NCBI RefSeq assembly: GCF_000961095.1
Contig: NZ_CP011058.1
Coordinates: 3,478,492-3,542,491, forward strand
Reading direction: 5' to 3'
Source: Paenibacillus beijingensis
GTDB lineage: Bacteria > Bacillota > Bacilli > Paenibacillales > Paenibacillaceae
DNA: 64,000 nucleotides
Each line of letters begins with the position of its first letter. Within the stretch, counting starts at the first letter, position 1. The notes below the pieces were generated by a model. It was not told the origin of the DNA. It ran no database searches and worked only from the letters and a program-made list of their open reading frames with translations. Shown in pieces: positions 47,678-58,472 of this stretch. The position numbers and the translations under genes were made by a program.

Positions 47678-47937
47678 TGCGGCACTGCAGCGTGCAAGTG
47701 CGGGGGCTGCTGACGCGGGATGAGCTGGACCGCTACAACGCCTTGATGGAGGTCGGATCGTTTCTGGAATCCCAGAACCGTTACGATTTGGCGTATACGG
47801 TCCAGCAGGAGGTTGACCGATTGATTCAGCCGGCGATCGAACGGCTGAAGGACAAAGGCCGCGAGCGCGACCGGGCGACGCAGGAATATTTGGAATCGAA
47901 GCGGCTGCAATTGGTTGAGGACGACGAGGAGGAGTGA
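47678..47937 (+). CDS. hypothetical protein (86 aa, acidic C-terminus)
   Basis: ATG directly abuts the ndh stop. Helical, no recognisable domain. Confidence 0.35.
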
Positions 47938-47944
47938 AAAAGGG

Positions 47945-48200
47945 GGCGCTGCGGCTGACTTGATCTTCCGATCGCTCGCGGGGAGAGAAATGCGGTGAAG
48001 AAAGGTCGCTGCGCGGCTGACTTGTCTTACGGTCGCTGTCCTGGGGAGAAAGTGCGGTGAATTAAGGCCGCTGCGCGGCTGACTTGATCTTCCGATCGCT
48101 GTTGTAGTCGGATCCTTTGATTATATAACCCTTAGCAGGGTTACGATCCTCCTACAAAGGCGAACGCTGGCACTTCTCCAGATCAAGTCAGCCGCTCCGC
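47945..48200. repeat. three tandem direct repeats of about 60 bp plus an inverted partial copy
   Basis: Unit core GCTGCGCGGCTGACTTGATCTTCCGATCGCT...GAGA(A/G)ATGCGGTGAA. An inverted GATCAAGTCAGCCGC lies at about 48165. Confidence 0.7.
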
Positions 48201-48380
48201 TCTCCTTTTTCACGGTGAAGGAGCAGATGTGGCTGCGCGAGTGTTGCGCTTGCTGTCTGAACCGACCAAAGGTATAAGATTGTCTGAACAGCTGCGATGT
48301 CTAGAAAAGCCATGAAAAAAACATCTTGCCCTCAGCGCGGCAAGATGTTTTTTTCATATGTTTGAGGTGACTTAAATCGG

Positions 48381-49127
48381 TTAGACCCGCAGCAATTCGG
48401 CGAATTTGCCTCCGTCCAGCAAATTGCCGACGTAAAACTCGCCGAATTCGCCGTAGCGGGCGCTCACTTCATCAAAGCGCATTTCATACACTAGCTTCTT
48501 GAACTGCAGCGCGTCGTCCGCAAACAGCGTCACGCCCCATTCCCAGTTGTCGAAGCCGACGGAGCCGGTAATGATCTGCTTGACTTTGCCGGCGTAGCTG
48601 CGGCCGATCATGCCGTGGCTGCGCATCATCGCTTTCCGCTCGTCCATGCTGAGCATATACCAGTTGTCGTTGCCTTCGCGCCGTTTGTTCATCGGATAGA
48701 AACAAATATGGTTCGCTTTCGGCATCGTCGGCTTCAGGCGGGCGACGATATCGGGATTATCCAGCGGGTCGCTGCCCGGCTTCGCCATATAGTTGCTCAG
48801 CTCCACGACGCTGACGTAGGAGTGGGCCGGCTTCGTAAACGCCGCGAACGACGTTTTGTTGAAGGCCGTCTCTATCGCATTCAGATCCTCCAGCGTTTCG
48901 CGCAGGAACATCAGCACATAATCGGCTTTTTGGCCGACGATGGAATAGAAGGCCGTGCTGCCGTTTTTGTCCGCCTCTTCGCGGCTCCATACTTGAAGAA
49001 GCGATTGAAGCTCATCCAAAGCTTGTGCGCGCTCGGATTCGGCAGCCGCCTTCCAAGCCGCCCAATCGATGCTGCGGAAGTCGTGCAGCGCGTACCAGCC
49101 TTCCAATGTTTGTGCCGCTTCGCTCAT
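48381..49127 (-). CDS. hemQ: coproheme decarboxylase / heme-dependent peroxidase HemQ (chlorite dismutase family)
   Basis: 248 aa. Full-length match to Firmicute HemQ/ChdC. Confidence 0.8.
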   Translation of the reverse strand: MSEAAQTLEGWYALHDFRSIDWAAWKAAAESERAQALDELQSLLQVWSREEADKNGSTAFYSIVGQKADYVLMFLRETLEDLNAIETAFNKTSFAAFTKPAHSYVSVVELSNYMAKPGSDPLDNPDIVARLKPTMPKANHICFYPMNKRREGNDNWYMLSMDERKAMMRSHGMIGRSYAGKVKQIITGSVGFDNWEWGVTLFADDALQFKKLVYEMRFDEVSARYGEFGEFYVGNLLDGGKFAELLRV

Positions 49128-49574
49128 TGAGATTCCTCCTTTATAATGGGGAAGGGTTCCCTCCCCTGATCTGCAATGTATATCATTGTAGCGTAACCGC
49201 TCCGATTAGAGCAAATGACGGATTTATGACCGCGTATGAGAGCGGGCGGGAATAAACAATGCGGAGAGGAAATCGGAAATTGACTTCGGCAGGACCTTCT
49301 ACTACACTAAAAGCAAATGATAAAAACAGCGCGAGCAATGCGTCGTCATGCCTTACAACATCCAATGTTAAGCGCTTACAAACGAGGTTCGGAATCAGTT
49401 GGGAATAAAAGCCGGCTATCGGCAGCGTTATCCTTTTACCGGCTATAGGCGGCAAGCGGACCTATCCGCGCAGCAATCATCTGTTTCCCCACCGAAAAAG
49501 CTTCGCCTGAGCGGGCGGGTTTGAATCTGGATAAGCAGCGAAGGGTGCGGTGAAACGAGCGGAGTGGCTGACTT

Positions 49575-49700
49575 GTGACTGGAGAAGCGTCAGCGTTCGC
49601 CTTTGTTCTCGGATTTCTACCGTTGATAAATTCGAATCAGAAATCTGAGAACAACAGCGATCGGAAGCACAAGTCAGCCGCGAAGCGGCCTTACTTCACC
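49575..49700. repeat. inverted copy of the 47945-48200 repeat family
   Basis: Reverse complement of unit 2 (GTGCGGTGAA-GTAAGGCCGCT-TCGCGGCTGACTTGTGCTTCCGATCGCT). CAGCGTTCGCCTTTG is the reverse complement of 48160-48174. Confidence 0.7.
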
Positions 49701-49777
49701 GCACTTTTCATATTCTCAAACCCGCCCGCGCAGCGACTGCTTTTTCACCACTTCACGATTAAAGGAGGATGGCGGGC

Positions 49778-50065
49778 ATGCTTCAAGTTGCCGTGGCGGT
49801 TGTGCTGTTCTGTGTGATGATGTTCGGGATCGGCTTTATCTTAAATATGCTGATGAAGACGACCTGGTTTCCGATCTATCTGTTTCTGGTCGTCATCGTG
49901 CCTCTGGGCGTTTGGGCCACATGGGATCACAACAAATCCGCTCTTGCCAATTTTACATCCTTTACGATCGTAGATTTGCTGCCCGTCATCGGCGCGATTA
50001 TCGGCGCTTATATGAGCGGATGGGCGATTCGTGCGCTGCGGCGCGGCGGGTATAAAATGTTTTGA
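49778..50065 (+). CDS. small membrane protein (3 TM)
   Basis: About 95 aa, hydrophobic. Confidence 0.4.
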   Translation: MLQVAVAVVLFCVMMFGIGFILNMLMKTTWFPIYLFLVVIVPLGVWATWDHNKSALANFTSFTIVDLLPVIGAIIGAYMSGWAIRALRRGGYKMF

Positions 50066-50097
50066 CATGGCGGGTGCCGGGGTCATGTCTTTTTTTT
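50062..50097 (+). terminator. rho-independent terminator
   Basis: GACATGGCGGGTGCCGGGGTCATGTC followed by TTTTTTTT. Confidence 0.7.
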
Positions 50098-50187
50098 GAT
50101 CCCGCTTCCAATTTGTCGTTCCTTGTCATAACCGGTCCAACTTATGATAAACTAATAGAAAGATAGAAGAGGGATGGAGTAGGTAAC

Positions 50188-51729
50188 ATGAAAATCGGTA
50201 ATCGGCTGCAGTTCACGGAGCATCATCGTTTCTACTTGTACCGGGACTTCTCGCTGAGTGCCCTTGACCATAAAATGCTTACGCTAATCTATCAGCCTAT
50301 GATCGGCGCTTTTGCCGCCTCGCTCTACCAGCTTCTCTATTTCCAGGTGGCGGAAGGTTTTACCGGCTATTCGCCGCTGGAGCCGCAGCGGAAGCTGTTT
50401 CTCGGGCTGGGGCTGGAGATGAATGAGCGGGGCAGAGCTTTCTTGGCGGATCAGGCATCGGCGCTGGAAGCGGTCGGACTTCTGCAGACGTCTCGTCTCA
50501 GCGTTCCGGAAAACGACGACGTCGTCTATGAATATGAGCTGGCCGCTCCGCTGACGCCGGCGGAGTTTTTCCGGAATCAGCACCTGAGCATGCTGCTGCG
50601 GGACAAGGTCGGCAAATTTGCGGTCATTTCGCTGCGGGAGGCGTTCTTCGTCCGCGAGCCGGATGAGCTGGCCGGGGCAGAGCTGCAAAAGGAAAATATT
50701 TCCGTGCCCTTCTACGAGCTGTTCCGGCTTAATACGCAGGTGGTTGATTATGAGCTTGAGCAGGCGCTGACGGAGGTGGCTCCTTCCCGCCCGGCCGCTG
50801 CGCCTGCGGGACCGCTGCCGAGCGAGACGGCGGGCATTCCTTACGGGGAAATTCTGCTCCGTTTCCCGCGCCATTCCGGCAACCGCGCTTATGTGGAACG
50901 GCTGCGCGGCGACAAGGATGCGTTGGCACAGCTGAACTACGTCGCGTATAAGTACAGCCTGAACGCTGCCGATATTAGCCGGCTGCTGGACGAGGACGGC
51001 GTCTTCGGCTCCCGCGGGGAGCTGCTCATTGACGAGCTGCAGCTGAAGGCCGGGCAGCTGTACCGTCAGGACCGCAAACGGGAATCCGAACGGGAACGCC
51101 ACCTTGCGCGGGCGGCTGCGATGAGCCACGAAGGCGGCGCCGCCGAGCCGCTTGAGGAATACGCTGTGGAAGCGAAGGATTATATGGAAGTGCCTCCGCG
51201 GCTCGCGGGGCGCTGCGATATTCACCAGTACAATATGCTGATGCGCAACGAGCCGCATACGAAGTTTTTGCAGCGGTTTTTTCCCGGGGCCGTACCGGAA
51301 TGGATAGAGCGCACGTACGAACGGATCGATCTCAATTACCGTCTTCCCGCACCGGTTATTAATGTCCTGATCCATTATGTGCTCGGGATGAACGAATCGA
51401 AGCGGGTAACGAAAACATTCATCGAAGCGGTTGTGTCCAACATGCTCGTTCAGCAGGTGGATACTTTCGAGAAGGCGGTGATGTACGTCCGCGAGCAGGT
51501 GCAGATGGAAAAGGAGAAGCAGCTCCGCAAGCAATCGCCGGCAGGCGGCGGCGCGGCCGGGGCGCGAGGCGCGAGAAGCGGGGGTGCCAGAGGCTCTGCC
51601 CGCGGCGGTCTGTCGCGCAAGCCGGTCATCCCGATCGTGCAGGAGAAGACGTCCTCCTCTGCGGCGATTACGCCGGAGGAGCTGGAAGAGATGCGCCGGC
51701 TGGCCCGCAAGCTGGACGGCAACAACTAG
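50188..51729 (+). CDS. dnaB: replication initiation and membrane attachment protein DnaB (Bacillus-type helicase loader)
   Basis: Full-length similarity to Firmicute DnaB (the helicase-loader cofactor, not the helicase). Gly/Ala/Arg-rich linker near the C-terminus. Confidence 0.8.
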   Translation: MKIGNRLQFTEHHRFYLYRDFSLSALDHKMLTLIYQPMIGAFAASLYQLLYFQVAEGFTGYSPLEPQRKLFLGLGLEMNERGRAFLADQASALEAVGLLQTSRLSVPENDDVVYEYELAAPLTPAEFFRNQHLSMLLRDKVGKFAVISLREAFFVREPDELAGAELQKENISVPFYELFRLNTQVVDYELEQALTEVAPSRPAAAPAGPLPSETAGIPYGEILLRFPRHSGNRAYVERLRGDKDALAQLNYVAYKYSLNAADISRLLDEDGVFGSRGELLIDELQLKAGQLYRQDRKRESERERHLARAAAMSHEGGAAEPLEEYAVEAKDYMEVPPRLAGRCDIHQYNMLMRNEPHTKFLQRFFPGAVPEWIERTYERIDLNYRLPAPVINVLIHYVLGMNESKRVTKTFIEAVVSNMLVQQVDTFEKAVMYVREQVQMEKEKQLRKQSPAGGGAAGARGARSGGARGSARGGLSRKPVIPIVQEKTSSSAAITPEELEEMRRLARKLDGNN

Positions 51730-51833
51730 CGGCTATTCGAGCAAGCTGAGGGCTTGCGCTATTATATTTAAGCCATGGACGGCGGCGTATGGAAGGAGGC
51801 CGCCGTCCTTTGCGTCAGAGGGGAGAGACGCCG

Positions 51834-52790
51834 GTGGAATCGCTTGGCGAATTGCTGAAGATGTGGCCCCGGGGCGGCGAAATGACGGTGCGCGCAGAGC
51901 AGAAGGCGGCACAGCTGCTGGAGGAACCGCTCGTTATCCGGCTGAGGCAGAAATATCCGGAGCTGGACGAATCGATGATCCGGCTGAACCTGAACGTGGT
52001 CTACCAATATGTGAAGGAGCACCGGAACTGCGCCGATTGCCCGGGGCTGGACCGGTGTCCGAACGATTATGAGGGACACTATACGATGCTTTCCTGCAGC
52101 GGGGAGTCCGGAAGCGCGCAGCTGATCGACCGCAAGGCGGAGTGCCGCAAATTTATCGCGCGCCGCAATGAAGAGCAGATCCGCAGACGGATCCGCAGTT
52201 TCTATGTAAGCGAGAAGACGCTGCAGCGGGCTTATTCCGCCGACGAGATTTTGACCAAGGACTTGGAGCGGGCGCCGGCGGTGATGAAGGTGCTGCGGTA
52301 CATCGAACGGACGAAGGAGCAGGGGTTGCAGGCCGACGGGCTCTATTTGGCCGGACGGTTCGGCACCGGCAAAACGTTTTTGATGGGCTATTTGCTCGGA
52401 GAACTGGCCAAATCCGGCTATTCCGGCGTCATCGTATATATGCCGGATTTTGTGGAGGATTTGAAATCGATGCTGGGAGAGCCGGGCAAGCTGAAGGAAA
52501 CGGTGGACTTGATGAAAGAGGCCGACCTGCTCGTCTTCGACGACATCGGGGCGGAAAATTTAAATCCGTGGGTGCGCGACCATGTGATGGGTTCGATTTT
52601 GAATTACCGGATGGAGCGCAAGCCGACTTTTTACACGTCCAACCATGAACTGGATGATCTCGAACGCCATTTCAGCTTTACGAGCAAGGATGGGGAAGAA
52701 TTCCACAAGGGCCAGCGGCTGATGGACCGGATCCGTCCGTTCGTGGAAGTGGTCATGGTAACCGGAGAGAACAAACGCGGCCGCAGTTAG
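51834..52790 (+). CDS. dnaI: primosomal protein DnaI (helicase loader, AAA+)
   Basis: GRFGTGKTFL Walker A, and an N-terminal zinc-binding CxxC...C region. GTG 51834 has a GGGGAG RBS and matches the B. subtilis N-terminus (MEPIGRSL vs VESLGELL). The track ORF starts at 51789. Confidence 0.75.
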   Translation: MESLGELLKMWPRGGEMTVRAEQKAAQLLEEPLVIRLRQKYPELDESMIRLNLNVVYQYVKEHRNCADCPGLDRCPNDYEGHYTMLSCSGESGSAQLIDRKAECRKFIARRNEEQIRRRIRSFYVSEKTLQRAYSADEILTKDLERAPAVMKVLRYIERTKEQGLQADGLYLAGRFGTGKTFLMGYLLGELAKSGYSGVIVYMPDFVEDLKSMLGEPGKLKETVDLMKEADLLVFDDIGAENLNPWVRDHVMGSILNYRMERKPTFYTSNHELDDLERHFSFTSKDGEEFHKGQRLMDRIRPFVEVVMVTGENKRGRS

Positions 52791-52978
52791 CGCCGTCTTT
52801 ATGCAAGAGGATCTGTATGTTCAGATCCTCTTTTTCCAGTACCTTATATTGAAAGTTTCAAAAGTGCACGTTCATATTTCCTCAGTTCATTCCTCTGCTC
52901 ATGTTACCTTATTACTAAATTCACGGAGGAACACTCCAAGAGCAGTATAGCGCAAAGAATTATTTTTATTTGATTAAC

Positions 52979-53563
52979 CTAATCTGCATGTATTACGATT
53001 TCAACCGATGAATTGTCTTTAGCTGTAAAAACAAAATCAAGTCCTGAAATGTCGTCAGGTAAAGGTGGAGTCACAACAAAGTTAAAAGATGAATGTCCGG
53101 TGGAACCACTTCCTCTATCCATCCGACAATGATACTGAGCGCCTATATCTAGTTTTAAAAAATGGTGTTGAGGCCGTTCACCAGGTCCATCGCTAGTAGG
53201 GTCCCAATCTATAGACAAATTTACAACACTCGCATTCGTATATTGCCGTATAGAGGTTACGGAATATATATATTGCTCCCGTTCGATTGCTTTTAGGACC
53301 TGTACATGCTTTCTGAACCCTGTTGGTTCCACAACAGGTCGGAACTGTTCTTCATTTTCCAATACTCCAAAAACGGCATATAAAAAATCGTCGAGCAGGT
53401 CATACGCTCTTGCCCACTTAGAGATATATTCAAGAGGTGGAAAACCGGGGTTTTTATTTGTAGCAACCCGGCGTTGGTTTAACAAGGCACAAATTTGCTC
53501 GTCAATTTGTGATGCTCGTTCATCATAATGTTCGTTTGGACGTTTAAATGGCAAACGTTTCAT
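52979..53563 (-). CDS. hypothetical protein
   Basis: Lower-GC gene, RBS GGAGGG, no recognisable domain. Confidence 0.4.
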   Translation of the reverse strand: MKRLPFKRPNEHYDERASQIDEQICALLNQRRVATNKNPGFPPLEYISKWARAYDLLDDFLYAVFGVLENEEQFRPVVEPTGFRKHVQVLKAIEREQYIYSVTSIRQYTNASVVNLSIDWDPTSDGPGERPQHHFLKLDIGAQYHCRMDRGSGSTGHSSFNFVVTPPLPDDISGLDFVFTAKDNSSVEIVIHAD

Positions 53564-53704
53564 GCTAATCCCTCCTCGCTTCAAGTTGTGATCATTCAAC
53601 TAATTTAAAATGGTTTAGGAACATTTTACCATTTTATTTTTCGTTCCTGGTTGTTCGATGAAAAAAGGATCCTTGACATTTATGTTGAAAATTAGCAGTG
53701 TCGA

Positions 53705-54652
53705 TTGATTTCGCTCATCAGGCCCGTTAATTATGTTCATTTGGAGGAGATCCGTCTGGTTTATGTAAATCCGTCCCAATATCCCGTTCCAGAGCTGCAG
53801 CCTTACGCGACCCGCAATGGGAGCGAGCTTTATTATCGGTATTACCCCAGTGCGGCTGAAACGGCACCCGTGATTATTCTTCTTCATGGAATATCCGAAG
53901 ACAGCAAATATTTATACCCTTACGCGCAAAAAGTTTCATCGACTGGACTCGCCCACGTTTATACGCCTGATCTTCGAGGCTACGGTCCGAGAGCCGCACG
54001 CCTTGGCGACGTCGATTATATCGGCCAGTTAGAGGATGATCTCGCGGATCTAATCCCGCACATTAAAGCCGAGCTCTCTCATGTCAAACAAATCGTGATG
54101 GCCGGTCACTCAGCCGGGGGCGGCACCGCGATCCGCTTCGCCGGGAGCCGGTATGCCGACCTCGTCGACTCGTATTTGCTGCTTGCGCCGCACCTGGGTC
54201 CGGGCAACCCGACGGAGCGCCCGGCAAACGGCCACCGCAAGCTCCATATGGGAAGGGTGATCATCCTCAGCCTGCTCGATTCGCTCGGCATCAAGGGCTG
54301 GCACGGACTCACGGCCATGGAGCTGTACAAGCGTCCGGAGGAGCTGCACGATGGAATGGCTGCAAAGCTCAGCTTTCGGCTTCTGCTGTCACGCTCGCCG
54401 ATGAAGTACAGACGCAGCCTGATGAAGCTGACGAAGCCGACTCTTGTGCTGGTCGGGGCTGAAGACGAAGTCTTTTATGCTGATCGCTATGAGCCGCTGC
54501 TTGGGAAGTATACGAAAGCGCAGCTTCACATCGTTCCCGGTTCGAATCATGACGGTCTGCTCGACAATCCGATCGCTTATGCGCATACCGCCAATTGGCT
54601 GCAATCAAACTTGCTGGGACAATCCGCATTTTCACAAATCGCCAATCCGTAA
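53705..54652 (+). CDS. alpha/beta hydrolase
   Basis: HGISED...GHSAGG nucleophile elbow. Confidence 0.75.
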   Translation: MISLIRPVNYVHLEEIRLVYVNPSQYPVPELQPYATRNGSELYYRYYPSAAETAPVIILLHGISEDSKYLYPYAQKVSSTGLAHVYTPDLRGYGPRAARLGDVDYIGQLEDDLADLIPHIKAELSHVKQIVMAGHSAGGGTAIRFAGSRYADLVDSYLLLAPHLGPGNPTERPANGHRKLHMGRVIILSLLDSLGIKGWHGLTAMELYKRPEELHDGMAAKLSFRLLLSRSPMKYRRSLMKLTKPTLVLVGAEDEVFYADRYEPLLGKYTKAQLHIVPGSNHDGLLDNPIAYAHTANWLQSNLLGQSAFSQIANP

Positions 54653-54658
54653 TTCGCG

Positions 54659-55057
54659 CTACAGACGTTCGAAAAATGTAATGAGATTATTGTCCGGATC
54701 CAGGACGCCGAAATCGCGGACCCCCCATGGCCGGTCGCTCAGTTTCGCACGGGGATGCAAGATGCCCATGGGCTCAATTTCGTGATAAAGTTCGTCAACG
54801 CCTTCTACGCCGATCTGGCAGCTGGCCGTCCCGGCAATAAACGATTCGGCGCCTGAAACGACCGGCGATGAAGCGGTGCGGGCACGCCAGCTTTCATCGC
54901 TTGCAGCCCAAAGATGAATGCGGACATCGTTGCGCAGAAGAACCGCGAAGCCGTCTTCCTGGTGGACGATCGTGAAACCAAGGTTATCGCGATAAAAGTC
55001 AGCGCTGAGCGCAACGTTCCTTACAGGCAGGGCAGGGATAGCTTGCAGCATTTTCAT
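54659..55057 (-). CDS. VOC family (glyoxalase/bleomycin-resistance) protein
   Basis: 133 aa. RBS GGGGGGA. The track ORF is extended upstream without support. Confidence 0.65.
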   Translation of the reverse strand: MKMLQAIPALPVRNVALSADFYRDNLGFTIVHQEDGFAVLLRNDVRIHLWAASDESWRARTASSPVVSGAESFIAGTASCQIGVEGVDELYHEIEPMGILHPRAKLSDRPWGVRDFGVLDPDNNLITFFERL

Positions 55058-55235
55058 CTGGATCCCCCCATTAAACTCTTCTCGTACTGCGATTACTTCA
55101 CCACGCTCACTGCAGTTTCCTGCTTTAGCGAGAAGGCCGGTGATTAACGATTCAAGACGGGAACATATTTCAACGCGGCACCGTCTGTAAAAGAAATAGG
55201 AAAGGGGCTGACCGACCATACCTGCCAAGCGGAAA

Positions 55236-55913
55236 ATGTTCATGCTGCTGCTTGTCGCTGCCGCCACCGCATTCGCCTCGGCTTGTACCAACGTCGTGGA
55301 CGATGCAGCCAAGCGGAACGCCAACACCGTTCAGTCGAACGAGGGCGGGCAGACCGGGACTGCGCCTGAAGCAACGGAAACGGACCAACCCGGGAAGGAT
55401 GCTGCTCAGGGCGCTTCGGGGCAATCTGAGGAATCCAGGGAATCTGGCATGAATAAGCAATTTCTGTTCGCCGACATTCCCGAATACGACGGCACGAACG
55501 AAATAAGCATAACTTTGGACGGCAAGGAAACGAAAGCGGCGTTCCAAACCGATCCGATCAATTCCCCGTTCGGTTTCTTCATTCCTTCTGTTCTGGAACG
55601 ACAAGATTTTGAAGATGGATCCGAATGGAGCTTCGAGTCACGAAACCGTCTTACGCTGCTGAAGTTCGACCAATTCGGAGTCAACGAAAGCGAATTGAAG
55701 CGAACCAATGACCTCTTGCTTCCGTATGCCGAATACGTCGGATCGCAGCCGGAAGGCGGCGACAGCAGCGCGGTCATGACAAGCTATTTTGCCTTCGATT
55801 ACAACGGCGAGAAGTACGGCATTTGCTTCCGTTATTTCAAGGACGATGAGCAGCGCGCCGTTCCGCTCTTTTTGGAGGTTATCCGCACGATCCGTCACGT
55901 CACGCTCCCCTAA
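55236..55913 (+). CDS. lipoprotein, hypothetical
   Basis: Lipobox FASAC after the signal peptide. Confidence 0.5.
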   Translation: MFMLLLVAAATAFASACTNVVDDAAKRNANTVQSNEGGQTGTAPEATETDQPGKDAAQGASGQSEESRESGMNKQFLFADIPEYDGTNEISITLDGKETKAAFQTDPINSPFGFFIPSVLERQDFEDGSEWSFESRNRLTLLKFDQFGVNESELKRTNDLLLPYAEYVGSQPEGGDSSAVMTSYFAFDYNGEKYGICFRYFKDDEQRAVPLFLEVIRTIRHVTLP

Positions 55914-56308
55914 AACCACAGACCAACGACCATTAACGGCCATTAACGACGATTGAAAAGACCGCGGCTTCGCGGTCTTGCCCGTTTTTTCTCCGTATGA
56001 CAGCCTGAATCAACGCGAGCGGACACAGAATCCGCTATATCCGTCTAATCACTCATTTTTTGCCTAAATACGGACTGACGATCCGTTATTGGCTGTGAAT
56101 CTTCTCAAATTGACTTAAGAATGATCAAATAACGGCTTCTCTGTCCGCGAATATTGCATGTAAGCGATCACAGCACGAAATAACGGCCTGACGGTCCAAC
56201 TGCTTTGTTGATTGTAAGGTCTACCGCTCTTATTGCCCCTGAACTTTATCCAATCTCTGGTTCATAAATAATTCTGATAAAACCAATAAGTTAACCTGAA
56301 AAAAGTCG

Positions 56309-56338
56309 TTGACAAGGACACGGGCCTGCTGGTATTAT
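56309..56338 (+). promoter_or_regulatory. sigma-A-type promoter (TTGACA-N18-TATTAT)
   Basis: Consensus -35 and a near-consensus -10, about 110 nt upstream of the sulfate SBP gene. Confidence 0.55.
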
Positions 56339-56448
56339 TTCCACATAACCGACTAAACAAGTAGGAATTTAAGTTTTTTGTGACCGGACCAACCGGAGCA
56401 GGAGCGGAGATTCGATTGTTTGGCAACAAACAAGGGGTGTGTTAAAAA

Positions 56449-57558
56449 ATGAAAAAATGGAATTTGATTCGTTCGTTTGCCGTCCTGCTGATCTTCTCGC
56501 TCGCTCTTACAGCATGCGGCTCCGCCGGCTCGAATACGAACAAATCCGCGGGAAGCGGTACAACAGAACAAAACAGCTCCGCAACCACTGAAACGACAGC
56601 CGACAATACCTCCGAGGCGAAACCGCCGGTCGAACTGCTTAACGTCTCTTACGATCCTACACGGGAATTATATGTTTCCTTTAACGAAGCATTCGCAGCT
56701 TATTGGAAAAATAAAACGGGCCAAGATGTGACGATCAAGCAATCGCACGGCGGCTCGGGCAAACAGAGCTTGTCGGTCATCGGCGGCCTGAAGGCAGACG
56801 TCGTGACGCTGGCGCTCGGGTACGATATCGATGCGATCGCGGACAAAGGGCTGCTGAACGCCGATTGGCAGACGAAGTTCGATCTGAACAGCTCGCCGTA
56901 TACGTCAACAATCGTATTCCTCGTCCGCAAGGGCAACCCGAAAGGCATTAAGGACTGGGGCGATTTGGTCAAGCCCGGTGTGCAGGTCATTACCCCGAAC
57001 CCGAAAACGTCGGGCGGCGCCCGCTGGAACTACTTGGCCGCATGGGGATATGCGCAGAAGCAGGACAACAACGATGAAGCGAAGACGCTTGATTTCATCA
57101 AGAAGCTGTTCAAAAACGTACCGGTGCTCGATTCCGGCGCGCGCGGCGCAACGACGACGTTCACCGAACGCGGCATCGGCGATGTGCTGCTCGCCTGGGA
57201 GAATGAAGCGTTCCTGTCCCAGAAGGAGCTTGGCGACAAATTCGAAATCGTCTATCCTTCCGTCAGTATTTTAGCCGAGCCTCCGGTTGCCGTCGTCGAC
57301 AAGGTGGTCGATCAGAAAGGCACTCGCGAAGTAGCCGAAGCGTACCTGGAATATTTATACACCGAAGAAGGGCAGACGATCGCCGCCGAGAACTTCTACC
57401 GTCCGACGCTGCAATCCGTCGCCGACAAATTCAAGGATCAATTCAAGCAGCTTGACTTGCTGACGATCGACAAAGACTTTGGCGGCTGGGCCGAAGCGCA
57501 GAAGAAGCATTTTGCGGACGGCGGCACATTTGATCAGATTTATCAGCCGGGATCGTAA
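56449..57558 (+). CDS. sbp: sulfate/thiosulfate ABC transporter substrate-binding lipoprotein
   Basis: Lipobox LTAC. Full-length similarity to Sbp/CysP. Confidence 0.85.
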   Translation: MKKWNLIRSFAVLLIFSLALTACGSAGSNTNKSAGSGTTEQNSSATTETTADNTSEAKPPVELLNVSYDPTRELYVSFNEAFAAYWKNKTGQDVTIKQSHGGSGKQSLSVIGGLKADVVTLALGYDIDAIADKGLLNADWQTKFDLNSSPYTSTIVFLVRKGNPKGIKDWGDLVKPGVQVITPNPKTSGGARWNYLAAWGYAQKQDNNDEAKTLDFIKKLFKNVPVLDSGARGATTTFTERGIGDVLLAWENEAFLSQKELGDKFEIVYPSVSILAEPPVAVVDKVVDQKGTREVAEAYLEYLYTEEGQTIAAENFYRPTLQSVADKFKDQFKQLDLLTIDKDFGGWAEAQKKHFADGGTFDQIYQPGS

Positions 57559-57587
57559 GCCGGCGGAAGATGAGGAGCTGACTTCAC

Positions 57588-58421
57588 ATGAAAGGTTCCC
57601 GAGCGAAGAGCGTCCTTCCGGGCTTCGGATTGTCGATGGGAATTACGGTGTTTTACCTTTGCGTCATGGTGCTCATTCCGCTGTCTTGCGTCTTTCTCAA
57701 GACAGCGGAGCTCAGCTGGAGCGAGTTCTGGCAGACGGTTACGAATCCGCGCGTCGTGGCTTCGTTCCGGATCAGCTTTGTGACCTCTTTTATCGCCGCT
57801 TTCATTAATTTATTTTTCGGACTCATTATCGCCTGGGTGCTCGTCCGTTACCGCTTTCCGGGGAAAAAGATCGTCGACGCGCTCGTTGATCTGCCGTTTG
57901 CGCTGCCGACCGCTGTGGCGGGCGTGGCGCTCACCACAATCTATGCGCCAAACGGCTGGATCGGCAAGCTGATGGAGCCGCTCGGATTCAAGATCGCTTT
58001 TACGCCGCTTGGCATTACAATTGCGCTGATGTTTATCGGACTGCCGTTTATCATCCGGACCGTGCAGCCGGTGCTGCAGGATATGGAGCAGGAAACGGAA
58101 GAGGCCGCGGTCATGCTGGGCGCGTACCGCTGGAGGACGTTCCGCAAAGTGGTGCTGCCCGAGCTTGTGCCGGCGCTGCTGACCGGCTTTGCGCTCGCCT
58201 TCGCCAGAGGCGTCGGCGAGTACGGCTCGGTCGTCTTCATTTCCGGCAACATGCCGATGAAGACGGAAATTGCGCCGCTGCTCATCATGTCGCAGCTGGA
58301 GCAGTTCGAATACGGCAAAGCGACGGCGATCGCGCTTGTCATGCTTGTCATTTCGTTTCTCATGCTGCTCGTGATCAATATGGTGCAGTGGCGGGTCAAC
58401 CGGCGCGTCGCCGCCAGCTGA
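57588..58421 (+). CDS. cysT: sulfate ABC transporter permease CysT
   Basis: EAA loop and six TM helices. Confidence 0.85.
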   Translation: MKGSRAKSVLPGFGLSMGITVFYLCVMVLIPLSCVFLKTAELSWSEFWQTVTNPRVVASFRISFVTSFIAAFINLFFGLIIAWVLVRYRFPGKKIVDALVDLPFALPTAVAGVALTTIYAPNGWIGKLMEPLGFKIAFTPLGITIALMFIGLPFIIRTVQPVLQDMEQETEEAAVMLGAYRWRTFRKVVLPELVPALLTGFALAFARGVGEYGSVVFISGNMPMKTEIAPLLIMSQLEQFEYGKATAIALVMLVISFLMLLVINMVQWRVNRRVAAS

Positions 58422-58472
58422 AATTCGCTTTAAACATGATTTGTTTTGGTCAAAACTGAAGGAGGCTGAAAT

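Noticed and set aside
50284-51534. 416-aa minus-strand ORF
   Set aside because: Antisense to dnaB.
53615-53887. 90-aa minus-strand ORF
   Set aside because: Overlaps the start of the alpha/beta hydrolase gene on the opposite strand. No support.
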